Position numbers and translations under genes: made by a program. A DNA stretch of 63,229 nt, filler included, from Chiloscyllium plagiosum (taxonomy: Eukaryota): assembly GCF_004010195.1 (NCBI RefSeq). It is 5 parts of one record of this genome, joined end to end, with 100 filler letters (N's around TTAATTAATTAA, not from the genome) between each part and the next. Parts side by side here need not be neighbours in the genome. Positions count along the whole stretch, not along the records: positions 20,231 to 36,501 come from NC_057716.1; positions 36,602 to 53,000 come from NC_057716.1; 3 more parts are not named here. The stretch is one strand, 5' to 3'. This document shows, in pieces, positions 25,859 through 37,927 of this stretch (within the stretch, counting starts at the first letter, position 1; each line of letters opens with the position of its first letter). Under the pieces are notes generated by a model, which saw only the letters and a list, made by a program, of their open reading frames with translations, was not told the origin of the DNA and ran no database searches.

Positions 25859-26568
25859 CTGTTTTTGTACCCGACCTGCTTTCCATGTAATTTTCCACTT
25901 TCTGCAGTTGCTGATAAGTCATGTCTCATTAACTATGAACTATCTGGTTCGGAGATGCCATTTCTTTACCCCCAGCACTAGCCCAGCACCCCACTCAGGT
26001 TGGCCAGGGATGGACCAGAAATACTGGCCTTGCCAGTGATGTTAATGTCTCCTGAATAAATTCAAACAAATAACTGACAATGTTAACCATGAAATGGTGA
26101 CTTACAGAAATCAATGAATGATCAAGTCTGGAAGCTGCTGTAATTGTCACAGGCAGCCTGCACGACTTAATCATGATCTGGAGTCCTTGTTAAGTAAGTT
26201 GCATCCTCTTCTTTGTCTTAGTCAGGTTCTTCAGAAATCATTTTATTCCTTGAAGTAAAATTGTGCCCCAATAATTGCCTCTAACCTAAAATGAAACCAA
26301 ACCATTTAAGCCAAACCCAGAGACTCATTTGACCATATGTGTCAGAATTTTAATTTGCAAACTTCTCGGACTCATGACCACTTCTCCACTTATTACTTTG
26401 GTCCAATGCTTATCGCTAATTTTGGATTAGATCTTAGTTTCTAGTCCTCTAGGACTGACATTAAAATATCAGTCAGAATAGCCCCAGTCCCAAAACAGTA
26501 TGAACGCCTCCTGAAGAAAAGCCACTTCTGCCTGATCATTGCTGAAATCTTTCTGCTTCTGAATACAG

Positions 26569-26748
26569 AAAGCATCACCAGCATCCAAATCAAATGTGCA
26601 TCTAGAGGAATTGAGTGAACAAAGAAATGTAAGTTCAAAAAGTGAGGTACAGCCTGATCTAGGGATAGAAATTGCCATTTCGTATCTCCATGATTTACAT
26701 CAGCTGAAATCTGAAACAAGTGAAGGAGAGAGTGAGCAATTGGACAAG
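26569..26748 (+). CDS. Internal coding exon C (KASPASKSNVHLEELSEQRNVSSKSEVQPDLGIEIAISYLHDLHQLKSETSEGESEQLDK)
   Basis: ctttctgcttctgaatacag| acceptor, AAG|gtaagt donor, 180 bp, phase 0-0, open. Confidence 0.75.
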
Positions 26749-26892
26749 GTAAGTGATATGTATTAAAAATTAAATAATTATAATGAAAGTGTAGTGGTTT
26801 GGTATATGGTGTGCTCTGCAGATCCTTTCTGCCCTGACTGTGACTCTGGAGGGTCTTTTCTTTTTAATGACAATAAATCTGATTAATTCATA

Positions 26893-29800
26893 CCATAGAG
26901 TCAGAGATGTGCAGCATGGAAACAGACCCTTCAGTGCAACTCGTCCATGCTATCTCAAATTAATCTGGTCCTATTTACTAGCATTCGGCCCATATCCCTC
27001 TGAACCCTTTCTATTCATATACCCATCCAGATGCCTTTAAATGCTGTCATTGTACCAGTCTCCACCTATTCCTGTGGCAGCTCATTCCATACACACATCA
27101 CCCTCTGTGTGAAAAACTTGCTCCTTAGGTACCTTTTAAATCAATACCCTTTAGTTCTGGACTGGCCCAACCCTGGAAAAAAAACCTTGTCCATTTATCC
27201 TATCCATGCCCCTCATGATTTTATAAACCTCTATAGGGTCACCCCTCAGACTTCGATGCTCCAGGTAAAACAGCCCCAGCCTATTCAGCCTCTCCCAATG
27301 GGGCAAACTCTCCAACCCTGGCAACATCCTTGTACATCTTTTCTGAACCCTTTCAAATTTCACAACATCCTCCTGATAGGAGGGAGACCAGAAATGCATA
27401 TAATATTCCAAAAGTGGCCTAACCAATGTCCGAACTCTAAACCAGTCGCAACATGATTTATTGTGAAAAAAAAAAGATCCTGCAGAGTCACAGCTCGGTC
27501 AAAAAAGATCTGCAGAACACACTATGTACCAAACCACTATACTTTCAGAAAGGAAAACATGCTGAAAGCCTTCACTATCCAATCTACTTGAAACTCCACT
27601 TTTGAGGAACAATGAACCTGCACTCCAAGGTCTCTTTGTTCAGCAACACTCCACTGGACCTTACCATTAAGTATATAAGTCCTGTTATATAAATTACAAA
27701 AAGTCATGGACCCAGCACCAATCCTTGTTGCACACCCGGGTCACAAGCCTACAATCTGAAAGGCAACCCACCACCACCATCCTCTGACTTCACCCTTTGA
27801 GCCAGTTCTGTATCCATATTGGCTAGTTATCCCACTATTCCATATGATCTAACCTTGCTAACCAGTCTACCATGAGGAACCTTGACAAATGTCTTATTGA
27901 AGTCCAAATAGATCACATCCACCACTCTGCCCTCATCAATCTTCTTTGTTACAACTTCAAAAAACTCAATCAAGTTCGTGAGACATGATTTCCAATGCAT
28001 AATGCTGTGTTGAGTGTCCCTAATCAGTCCTTGCCTCTCCAAATACATGCAGATTCTGCCCCTCAGGATTCCCTCCAAAAACCTGCCCACCACTGACGTC
28101 AGGCTCACTGGTCTACAGTTCCCTGGCTTGTCCTTACCACCTTTCTTAAATAGTAGCACCATGTTAGGCAACCTTCAGTCTTCCGGTACCCCACCTGTAA
28201 CTATCGATGATACAAATATCTGAGCAAGAGGCCCAGCAATCAATTCCCTAGCTTCCTACAGAGTTCTAAGGCTCACCTGACCAGATCCTGGGGATTTATC
28301 CACCTTTATTCACTTTAAGACATCTATCACCTCATCCTCTGGAATATGAACATTTTTCAAGATGTTGCCATTTATTTCCCCAAGTTTTCCAGCATTCATA
28401 TCCATCTCCAAAATGAACGCTGATGCAAAATACTCATTTTGTATCTTCCCCCATCTCCTATGGTTCCACACATAGGCAGCCTTGCTGATCTTTGAGGAGC
28501 CCTAATCTTGCCCTAGTTACCCTTTGTCTTTAATGTATTTGTAAAATCCCTTTGGATTCTCCTTAACCCTATTTGCCAAAGCTATTTCATGTCCCTTTTT
28601 TGCACTCCTGACTTCCCTCCTGAAGTATACCCTCACTGCCTTTATACTCTTCTAGGGATTCACTTGATCTCTGCTGTCTATACCTGACATAAGTTTCCTT
28701 CTCCTTCTTGACCAAAACTTCAATTTCTCTCGTCATCCAGCATTCCCTACACCTACCAGCCTTTCCTTTCACCCTAACATGAATATACTGTCTCTGGACT
28801 CTTGTCTCATTTTTGAAGGCTTCCCAATTTCCAGCCATCCCTTTACCTACAAACATCTGCCTCCAATCAATTTTTGAAAGACCTTGCCCATACCATCAAA
28901 ATTCCTCCAATTTAGAACTTACACTTATAGATCCTATCTGTTCTTTTCCATCACTATTTTAAAACTAGTAGAATTATCGTCATTGGCCCTAAAGTGCTCC
29001 CCCACTGACACCTCAGTCACTTACCCTGCATTATTTCCAAAGAGTTGGTCAAGTTTTGCACCTTCTCTAGTAGGTACATCCAGATACTGAATCAGAACAT
29101 TTTCTTGTACACACTTAACAAATTCTTCTCCATTTAAACCCTTAACACTATGGCAGTCCCAGTCTATGTTTGGAAAAGTTAAAATCCCTACCATTACCAC
29201 CCTATTCTTCTAATAGATAACTGAGATCTCCTTACAAATTTGTTTCTCAATTTCCCGCTGACCATTGGGGTGGGGGTCTATAGTACAATCCCAATAATGT
29301 GATCATCCCTTTCTTATTTCTCAGTTCCACCCAAATAACTTCTGTGGACATATTCCCAGGAATATCTTCTCTAAGTACAGCTGGATTGTTATCCCTTATC
29401 AAAAACACCACTGCCCCTTCTCTCTTAGAGTCAGAGTCATAGAGATGTACAGCATGGAAACAGACCCTTCAGTCCAACCCGTCCATGCCGACCAGATATC
29501 CCAACCCAATCTCGTCCCACCTGCTAGCACCAGGCCCATATCCCTCCAAACCCTTCCTATTCATATACCCATCCAAATGCCTTTTAAATGTTGCAATTGT
29601 ACCAGCCTCCACTACTTCCTCTGGAAACTCATTCTATACACGTACCACCCTCTGCATGAAAATGTTGCCCCTTAGGTCTCTTTTACATCTTTCTCCTCCC
29701 ACCCTAAACCTATGTCCTCTAGTTCTGGACTCCCCCACACCCTAAACCTATGTCCTCTAGTTCTGGACTCCCCCACCCCAGGGAAAAGACTTTGTCTGTT

Positions 29801-31604
29801 TACCCTATCTATTCCTGTCATAATTTTGTAAACCTCTATAAGGTCACCCCTCAGCCTCCACTGCAGGGAAAACAACCCCAGCCTGTTCAGCCTCTCCCTA
29901 AAGCTCAAATCCTCCAACATCCTTAAATCTTTTCTGAGCCCTTTCAAGTTTCACAACATCTTTCTGATAGGAAGGAGACCAGAATTGCACCCCTTTCTAT
30001 TCTTTCTATAGCATTTGTATCCTGGAACACTAACCTGCCAGTCCTGATAATCCCTGAGCCATGTCTCTGAAATTGCTAAGATATGCAAGTCCATGTTCTT
30101 GATCATGCCTTGAGTTCATCTGCCTTCCTTGTTAGGCCTCTTGCTTTGAAATAAATGAAGTTTAATTTACTTCATTCTCTGCTTTGTTCCTGCCTGCCCT
30201 GACTGTTGACTTCTGCTTTTCTCTACTGTACCAATCTCAGACTAATCTCTTTCCTCACTATCTCTCTGGGTCCCATGTCCCCCCCCTTACTCGTTTAAAT
30301 CCTCCCGAGCAGCTCTAGCAAATCTCCTTGCCAGCATATTAGTCCCCTTCCAATTCAGGTGCAATCCATCCTTCTTGTACAAGTCACTTCTACCCCAGAA
30401 GAGATTTCAATGAGCCAAAAATGTGAATCCTTCTCCCATACGCCAGCTCCACAGCCACATTCGTCTGCACAATTCTCCTTTTCCTGGCCTCCCTAGCTCT
30501 TAGCACTGGGAGTAATCTAGATATTACTACCCTCGAGGGCCTCCTTGTTAAATTCCTGCCTAATTCTCTCTATTCTCCCTTCAGAACCTCATACTTTTCC
30601 CTTCCTATGTCATTAGTTCCAATGTGTACAATGGCCTCCTGCTGGTCCCTCTCCCCTTTGAGAACTTTTGCACTCTCTCCAAATTATCCTTGATCCTGGC
30701 ACCAGGGAGGCAACACACCATTCTGATTTCTCACTGTACCTGACTGTATCTGTGGTTTTTCTCCCTTCCTTTAACTCCTTCTAGCTCCTGTAAATTCCTC
30801 TTTGCCTCTAACTGTCGCTCCAACCGACCCATGTGATCATATAAAAGCAAACATGCTTACTGCAGACATAACTCACCAGTAACAAGGACATTCTCCCTAA
30901 TCTCCCACATCCCACAGGAAGACCACATCACTCTCCTGAAGGCCACCTTTGCACCTTAACAATCTACAGACCCAGAAAATAGCACAGTCTTACTGCTCTC
31001 AAAACACTGCTCTCAGCTAACAAAGAACCTATGTTTCATATTTTTAATTTTTAATCAAAAAAACGATCTCAATAAAACATAGAACCAAAAAGAACCCTCT
31101 TTACTTACTATTAAAATAAGATAGCAAGGTTAAACTTAAAAACCGTGCACTTATCTGTTCCTGTGCTGTGAGCTCTCTCATACAAGTTCCTCCAAGGTCA
31201 GCTGTGAGTTTTATATTTTATTTGTTCATTTTCCTTAGAGACACTCTGATGTCCAGAAATAGTTGAACTCAAATAGCAAATGCAGTAGCTGTGCAGATTC
31301 ACTGCTGTGTCAGACAGCACTCTCGTGCACTCTCTCTCCCCATCTCAGTCTGTTCTGTCTCTGTCTCTCCGTCTCGGCCTCTCTCTGGCCAGGTAGTCTT
31401 TGGCTTTGTTCTCTTCCTCCTGTTTAAAATGCTGTTGTTTTGATCTTTTCTTTTCCCCAAAATCCAAAACAATTGCAACAGCTTATAAAACAGTAATTGC
31501 TGCTCCTGGGAATTTGAGGAAATCAGCTCCAACACCTAAAATACCTCCAAAACAGAGCTGCTCTTACAGCCACAATTTTTCCCATTCCTCCACCTTGGAT
31601 GACC
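26893..31604 (-). mobile_element. Near full-length decayed CR1 LINE (5' UTR, SGNH-esterase ORF1, APE-RT ORF2, 3' tail)
   Basis: ORF1 VCCLPGARIKD and VHIGTND; ORF2 FKKGGKDKPGNCRPVSLTSVVG, SCLTNLIEFFE; 3' tail at ~26895. Confidence 0.93.
29427..29990 (-). mobile_element. Younger CR1 3' fragment nested in the long CR1, with a ~38-bp internal tandem duplication (29701-29778)
   Basis: agagtcatagagatgtacagcatggaaacagaccc tail; accctaaacctatgtcctctagttctggactccccc occurs twice. Confidence 0.92.
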
Positions 31605-31930
31605 CAGAATCACAGATAAAACTTTGAATGTATTATTTCTCCATCATTAGCAATCAGGTCATTCTATCCACTAGACAAACCTCCACTTAATTCTTGCAAG
31701 AAATCTAATGAACTAATTTACAAAAGGCTCATATGTTCAGTGAATATTCATTCCCGGGTAACTAATGAATCACCTGCATGGCATATATGATAATGGCTCA
31801 GTAGTTACTATTATTTGCTATTCTGTGATCTATTAATGTGACTTCAGTCTCAAGGGTCTGCCTTGTTCAGTGTCACGGAAGAGAAAAATCTTCGGAGCAT
31901 TGCTGAAAATAATCAAATCTTTCTTTTTAG

Positions 31931-32062
31931 CAAGATTCAGAAACGCTGTCATACCTGACTTCAACTGTGCCTTCAAGATCATCACTTTCAAGTTTGGAGA
32001 CTGAATTTGACTTTGAGCAATATAAAACACTTCATGCATCCCCATCATTGAAATCCTATGAG
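31931..32062 (+). CDS. Internal coding exon D (QDSETLSYLTSTVPSRSSLSSLETEFDFEQYKTLHASPSLKSYE)
   Basis: tctttctttttag| acceptor, GAG|gtaatt donor, 132 bp, phase 0-0, open. Confidence 0.78.
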
Positions 32063-33458
32063 GTAATTACTGATCGATCCTAAACTGGGGACACAACCTG
32101 ATGTGGTCCATCATGAAGACAGTAATTTGCAGGAAGAGGGCAGTGATCCTGTCTGTATTAAAAGCTGGGGGCTCAGTGCAGATGCGTCATGGTTTTGTGA
32201 GTACACAGTGCACTGCGTCCTGGGTTTGGTTTGGTTCTGGGGATTTTCTTCTTTTCTGTTTGGTGAAGTGTGCTGTATTCAAGATGTCTCAGTCTGACTG
32301 TAGTCAATGGTGAATGGAGATGGCAGATGAGAGACCTGGGCATTTGATAACCCCAACCTCCCCGCCCCCCTCCAAAATGGGTAACGGAGGGTCCCAGGCA
32401 CACGCTGTGTAAGCCTCTTGTCGTTGTCTCAGGCCGTGTGAGTATCACAGATGAGGCAGGCGGCCAGCTCTACCTGCGCTGCTCTTCACTGGCAAACTTC
32501 AAGGAGGGCACCTGATTGTGGGTATCTATGATGCCCCCATGAAAATAGTCAGCACGAGCTGAGGGGAGGTGTAACTGTGTGAGATTAGGAATCGAGTAGA
32601 CATGAGCTGGTGGTTCCTTTCCCAGGGAGTGGTCAACCTCTCAAACACATTGCCAGCTTATGGGCCAGACACTCACTCTCTCTGCTCACTGAACCTCTTC
32701 TAAACTTGGAACACACTCACAGTGGTAACTGTCTTTGGGAAGTAACATGTGATCTCCTGGGTCTGGTATTTACCTCTGGGAGAGGGTCGGAGAGGAATTT
32801 GACTGAGTATTTATTTGGTAAAAACAAGGGCTGCAGATGCTGGAAACCAGATTCTAGACAAGAGTGGTGCTGGAAAAGAACAGCAGTTCAGGCAGCATCC
32901 GAGGAGGTAATGAAAATACTGGATGGGAGTGGACACAGGGTGTGTCTGTCTTGATGTTTCCAGCCATCACTGATGGTAGTTTCACATCTGTTTCATGTTC
33001 CCACATGACAGACCAATTGTTTTTTCCGGCCTTGCTGTCAATTTCCTTTGTCGGTGCATTCTGACTTCAGATGTCTCTGCTGGGATGAGAAATGTCATTG
33101 ACATCTTAATAGGAGCACTAAGATAGGGGGCAGTCATTCCTGCCTTGTCCCTTTACTAGCTAAAAATCTGTTTCTATCACCCTTGATTATGCTCAAACCT
33201 CCACTTAATTCTTGCAAGAAATCTAATGAACTAATTTACAAAAGATTCACATGTTCACAGTGAATACTCATTACCAGGTAATGAGTGAATAACCTGCATA
33301 ATACATTTGATGATGTTTCAGTAGTTACTATTACTATTCTGTGATCTATTAATGTGACCTCAGTCTCAAGGGTCTGCCTCACTCAGTGTCGGAGGCAGTG
33401 TCAAGGAAGAGAAAACTCTATGGAGCATTGCTGAAAATAATCAAACCTTTCTATTTAG

Positions 33459-33575
33459 CTAGATGCAGATATGATGTCCAACCTGTCATCTTTGCAATCA
33501 TCGCGTTCAAGTCTGGAGTCTGACGTGGAGAAAGGCAAAATAGGTCACGCGTCCCCATCATTGAAGTCCTACAAG
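33459..33575 (+). CDS. Internal coding exon E, paralog of exon D (LDADMMSNLSSLQSSRSSLESDVEKGKIGHASPSLKSYK)
   Basis: cctttctatttag| acceptor, AAG|gtaatt donor, 117 bp, phase 0-0, open. Confidence 0.78.
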
Positions 33576-35626
33576 GTAATTACTGAACGATCCTAAACTG
33601 AGGGCACAACCTGATGTAGTCAGCCATGACGACAGTAATGGGCAGGAAGAGGGCAGTGATCCTGTCTGTATTAAAAGCTGTGGGCTCAGTGCAGATGCAT
33701 CATGGTTTTATGAGTACACAGTGCACTGAGTTGATTTGCATCCTGGATTTGGTTTTGGAGAGTTTCCTTTTTGTTTTGTTTGTTTGTTGAAGTTTGATCT
33801 ATTCAAGATGTCTGTCTGTTGCCAGTGATGAATGGAGATGGTAAATGACAGACATGGATGTCTGATAACCCCAACACCACTCCCCCACCCCACACCCACC
33901 TCCGAAATGGGTAACAGAGGGGCTCATGCACCCACTGCATAAACCTCATTGTCTCATGTCATGTGAATATTAGAGATGAGGCAGACAGTCAGCTCTATAT
34001 GAACTGCTCATGTAATAAAACATTTGATACTCTCTGAGGGAAGAAATTCCTCCTCATTTCCGTCTTGAATGGATGACCCCTTTGTCTGAGATTTTGCATC
34101 TGGTCCTCGATGCTCCCGCAAGGAGAAACAACCTCTGTGCATTTCCCCTATCACGTCATCAAAGGTTGGCACAGGGGAACTTCTTCATTATAAATTGAAA
34201 AAGATGATGTCAGAAGCATTGGCAGGTCAGGCAGCAACTAGGAAAAGAGAGAGAGGGTGAAAAGAAACAGTAAAATTGGTGAATGAAACATACTGGTCTG
34301 ACATCCAGGGTGTTCATTTCGAAGTATTACTGTTTTTTTTCTTTGGGGCTGGAAAGACTGAAAAATAAAAGTTACATTTGACTAATCTCGACCCACGTAT
34401 CCTTCTCTTTCTTTCTGCACTGAAGTAACAGACTGTGTGTCTTGTGGAACAGTGGTTCATGTATAATTCTGAGGCAGGCGATTCAGGTTCAACCCCTCCC
34501 ATTGTTGGCCAAAAAATGAGTTGTCAACCTGCAAACCTTTCCAATGTGTCCAAGTGAAATGCAGGCACAGAAGCGGACCATATCAGGTCTGCTCTGCCAG
34601 TCAATAAGATCACGGCTGAACAGACCATCCTCAACTCCTGCCTATTCCCCAGACTAATTAATAATCTGTTCACATCAGTCTTCAATTTGTTTCACAATCC
34701 AGGCTCTACATCCCTCTACTGTAAAAGAAATTGCACAGTTTCAATACTGTCTGAGAAAACCAATTCCTCCTCATCTCTGCCTTAATTCTGAGATTGTGCC
34801 CTCTGGTCCTGGACCCTCCCACATGGGAACCAACCTTACCACACTTGCCGTATCAAGTGCCCAGAAGAACCTTCTACCTTTCAATCAGATCTAATCTCAT
34901 CCTTCAAAGTTTCAAGGAGTACAGGCTCAGAAAATCCCTCCATACCCAGAATCAACCTCGCAAACCTTCTCTGGACTCTCTCCAATGCCAGTCGCTCTTT
35001 CCAAAACTGTTCGCAGTGTCCCAGCTGTGGTCTATGAATGGGGAGAATCCCTTGGTCAGCCACACTTGATGCAGAGTGACACCCCTTTAAGCTATAACCT
35101 CGGACTATTGTCAAGCAACCTGTTTGCAGACAAAAACTAAGGTATGGAAAACCAATGTGTTTTGCCTGCTTCACACCTCTGTAGATATTGGAGTTCCTCA
35201 TACAGTAGCTTCTTAAATACAGTCAATCTTAACCAATCAGTGTTTCGCCTGCGTCAGGGTTCAAGCCACTCTCTGGGGAAAAGGAACTTTGCCTGAATTA
35301 ATTGATTAGTTAGTGACTATCTGATACTTAGGCTGCCCAGTGTCAGCCAGCACCACCCAATCAAACCAATTTTAAAGACCTTTCCCAATTCATCTCTGAG
35401 CTTCTTCTCATCCTGAGAAGAGAGCCCCTGTGTTTTCCAACTTCTCTTATCGTTTAGGAGGCTGAACATGGACCTTTTTCCCATATCATGAATACCTCTT
35501 CCGATGCCAATGGGGTCTTCTGGCTTCGAGGCAGAGAGTCACCTACTCACCCTCTGGGTGCCCATGATCAGTCACTTACTTTTTCCTAGTGATGTGTCCA
35601 GCAGCACTTTTAAATGAGATTCTCAG

Positions 35627-35689
35627 GCAATAAATGTTGATAGAAATTCCACTGAATTTCAGAACTCCTCTTCAATCTTCCAGCAGCAG
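35627..35689 (+). CDS. Possible further phase-0 exon (AINVDRNSTEFQNSSSIFQQQ)
   Basis: Weak acceptor gattctcag|, CAG|gtaaaa donor, 63 bp, open. Confidence 0.3.
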
Positions 35690-35821
35690 GTAAAAGTTGA
35701 AAGTTTATTATATTTGAGGAGGGCTCAAAATCCTCAGTCACTAAAATAGTCTGCAAATCACACACTGAACAAATAGACTGAGACCACCCGATTTCCTACT
35801 TTATAAATTGTGTATAAATAG

Positions 35822-36501
35822 GGCATTTGAGGGTTACAAAGAAGTCAGGAAAGACCTAAAAAGAGAGCTCAAAAGAGCCAGTAGAAGACATGAGAAGTTG
35901 TTGGTGGATAGGATCAGGGTTAACCCTAAGGCTTTCCATAGGTATGTCAGGAATAAAAGAATGACGAGAGTTAATTAGGACCAATCAAGGATAATAGTGG
36001 GAAGTTGTGTGTGGAGTCAGAGGAGATAGGGGAAGCACTAAATAAATATTTTTCGATAGTGTTCACTATAGAAAATGAAAATGTTGGTGAGGAAGATACA
36101 GAGATACTTGCGTCTAGACTAGAAGAGATTGAGGTTCACAAGGAAGAGGTATTAGAAATACTGCAGAGTGTGAAAATAGACAAGTCCCCTGGGCCGGATG
36201 GGATCTATCCTAGGACCCTCTGGGAAGCAAGGGAAGAGATTGCCGAGCCTTTGGCTTTGATCTTCAAATCATCATTGTCTACAGGAATAGTGCCTGAGGA
36301 CTGGAGGATAGCAAATGTGGTTCCCTTGTTCAAAAAGGGTAGTAGAGACAACCCTGGTAATTACAGACCAGTGAGTCTCACTTCAGTTGTTGGTAAAGTG
36401 TTGGAAAAGGTTATAAGAGATAGGACTTATAACAATCTAGAAAAGAATAATCTGATCAGGGACAGTCAGCACGGTTTTGTGAAGGGTAGGTCATGCCTAA
36501 C
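35822..36501 (+). mobile_element. Young CR1 ORF2 fragment cut by a gap
   Basis: Open frame KSPGPDGIYPR...VPEDWRIANVVPLFKKGSRDNPGNYRPVSLTS. Confidence 0.96.
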
Positions 36502-36601
36502 NNNNNNNNNNNNNNNNNNNNNNNNNNNNNNNNNNNNNNNNNNNNTTAATTAATTAANNNNNNNNNNNNNNNNNNNNNNNNNNNNNNNNNNNNNNNNNNN
36601 N

Positions 36602-37225
36602 GCTCAAAAACTGCATACATTCATGTAGAACTCTGAGCTCAAAAACTGCATGAATTTATGTAAAACTCTGTTATCTCACTTTTTAGATTGGAATCAATCT
36701 AAACATCAGGTCATAGACAGAGAACACAGGGGGCTAACACCTTCAACATATTGTCTCGCTATCACCATTGTTAACAGCTAACCCGAGAATGCAACTTTAA
36801 AAAAAGGGTTTTGTGATTTACACATGAAAGAAGTGAAACTATCACTGTATTCTAACAGATGAAAGGCTTAACAGACAATCAATTCTTCAATGTATAATTT
36901 CAGTTACATCACACTGAAAATTATTGCTATAAATTCTGTGTTACGATTGAGCCTTCCACAATCACCTGATGAAGGAGCGTCGCTCCGAAAGCTAGTGTGC
37001 TTCCAATTAAACCTGTTGGACTATAACCTGGTGTTGTGTGATTTTTAGCTCAATTGATGAAGGGGAACTTGGTGGCGCCCCTCAATGAAACCTGTATCAA
37101 AAAATTGCTATAAATTCTGTCTAACAATTTTGTGCTCCACAATCACCTGATGAAGGGGCAGTGCTCCGAAGACTGGTGCTTCCAATTAAACCTGTTGCAC
37201 TATAACCTGGTGTTGTGTGATTTCT
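36602..37225 (+). mobile_element. Penelope-like 3' region with two tandem terminal repeats
   Basis: attgctataaattctgt...cacctgatgaagg...aaacctgttggactataacctggtgttgtgtgattt at ~36922-37045 and ~37104-37223. Confidence 0.85.
36963..36997 (+). ncRNA. Minimal type I hammerhead ribozyme motif, intact core
   Basis: cac-CTGATGA-a-ggagc-gtc-gctcc-GAAA-gcta-gtg: stem I cac/gtg, 5-bp stem II, palindromic AGCT stem III, CUA cleavage triplet. Confidence 0.82.
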
Positions 37226-37649
37226 AATAAAAAGGATAAATGATAAATTCCCGAATTGAATCAAATTACTATGGGAAATTTATCGGCTCATAAATTGGAT
37301 TGTATCTGCCTCCGAATTTGTGAAATCGGAGCTCACACTGGTAACTTGACCCTACGGCTCCAGGGAGGCCTGAATCTCCTCCCGCCCTTGCAATTCATCG
37401 TGCCACGGCTGAGTTTGCAAACTCTTGTGCCACGCATGAGAAGCGGGCACAGGGATGGAGCCCGAAACGTTGATTTTCCCGCTCCTCGGATGCTGCCTGA
37501 CCAGCTGTGCTTTTCCAGCACCACTCTAATCTTGGCGCAAGAGTGGACCATTCAACCCCTTGAAGAAATGGATGCTGGAGATTCAGAGTCGTAAAGTGGC
37601 GCTGGGAGAGCACAGCAGATCAGGCAGCACCTGAGCAGCAGGAGAGTAT

Positions 37650-37927
37650 TAGGTTAGATTCCCTACATTGTGCAAACAGGCCCTTCGGCCCAACCAGTCC
37701 ACACCGATCCTCCTAAGAGTGACCCACCTAGACCTATTTCCCTTTGACTAATGCAACTAACACTATGGGCAATTCACCTGACCTGCACATCTTTGGACTG
37801 TGGGAGGAAACCCACGCAGACACAGGGAGAATGTGCAAACTCCACACAGTCACCTCAGGCTGGAATTGAACCTGGGACCCTGGTGCTGTGAAGCAGCAGT
37901 GCTAACCACTGAGCCACCGTGCCGCCC
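37650..37927 (-). mobile_element. HE1-type tRNA SINE flanked by Penelope-derived short fragments (37460-37648, 37975-38185)
   Basis: cagtgctaaccactgagccaccgtgccgccc is the reverse of the tRNA head. Confidence 0.92.

Larger units (their letters stand above)
31676..34008 (+). repeat. Local duplication of an ~810-bp exon-containing unit (31676-32486 and 33194-34008)
   Basis: Shared blocks caaacctccacttaattcttgcaagaaatctaatgaactaatttacaaa, caggaagagggcagtgatcctgtctgtattaaaagctg, ccc..aaatgggtaac. Confidence 0.95.
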
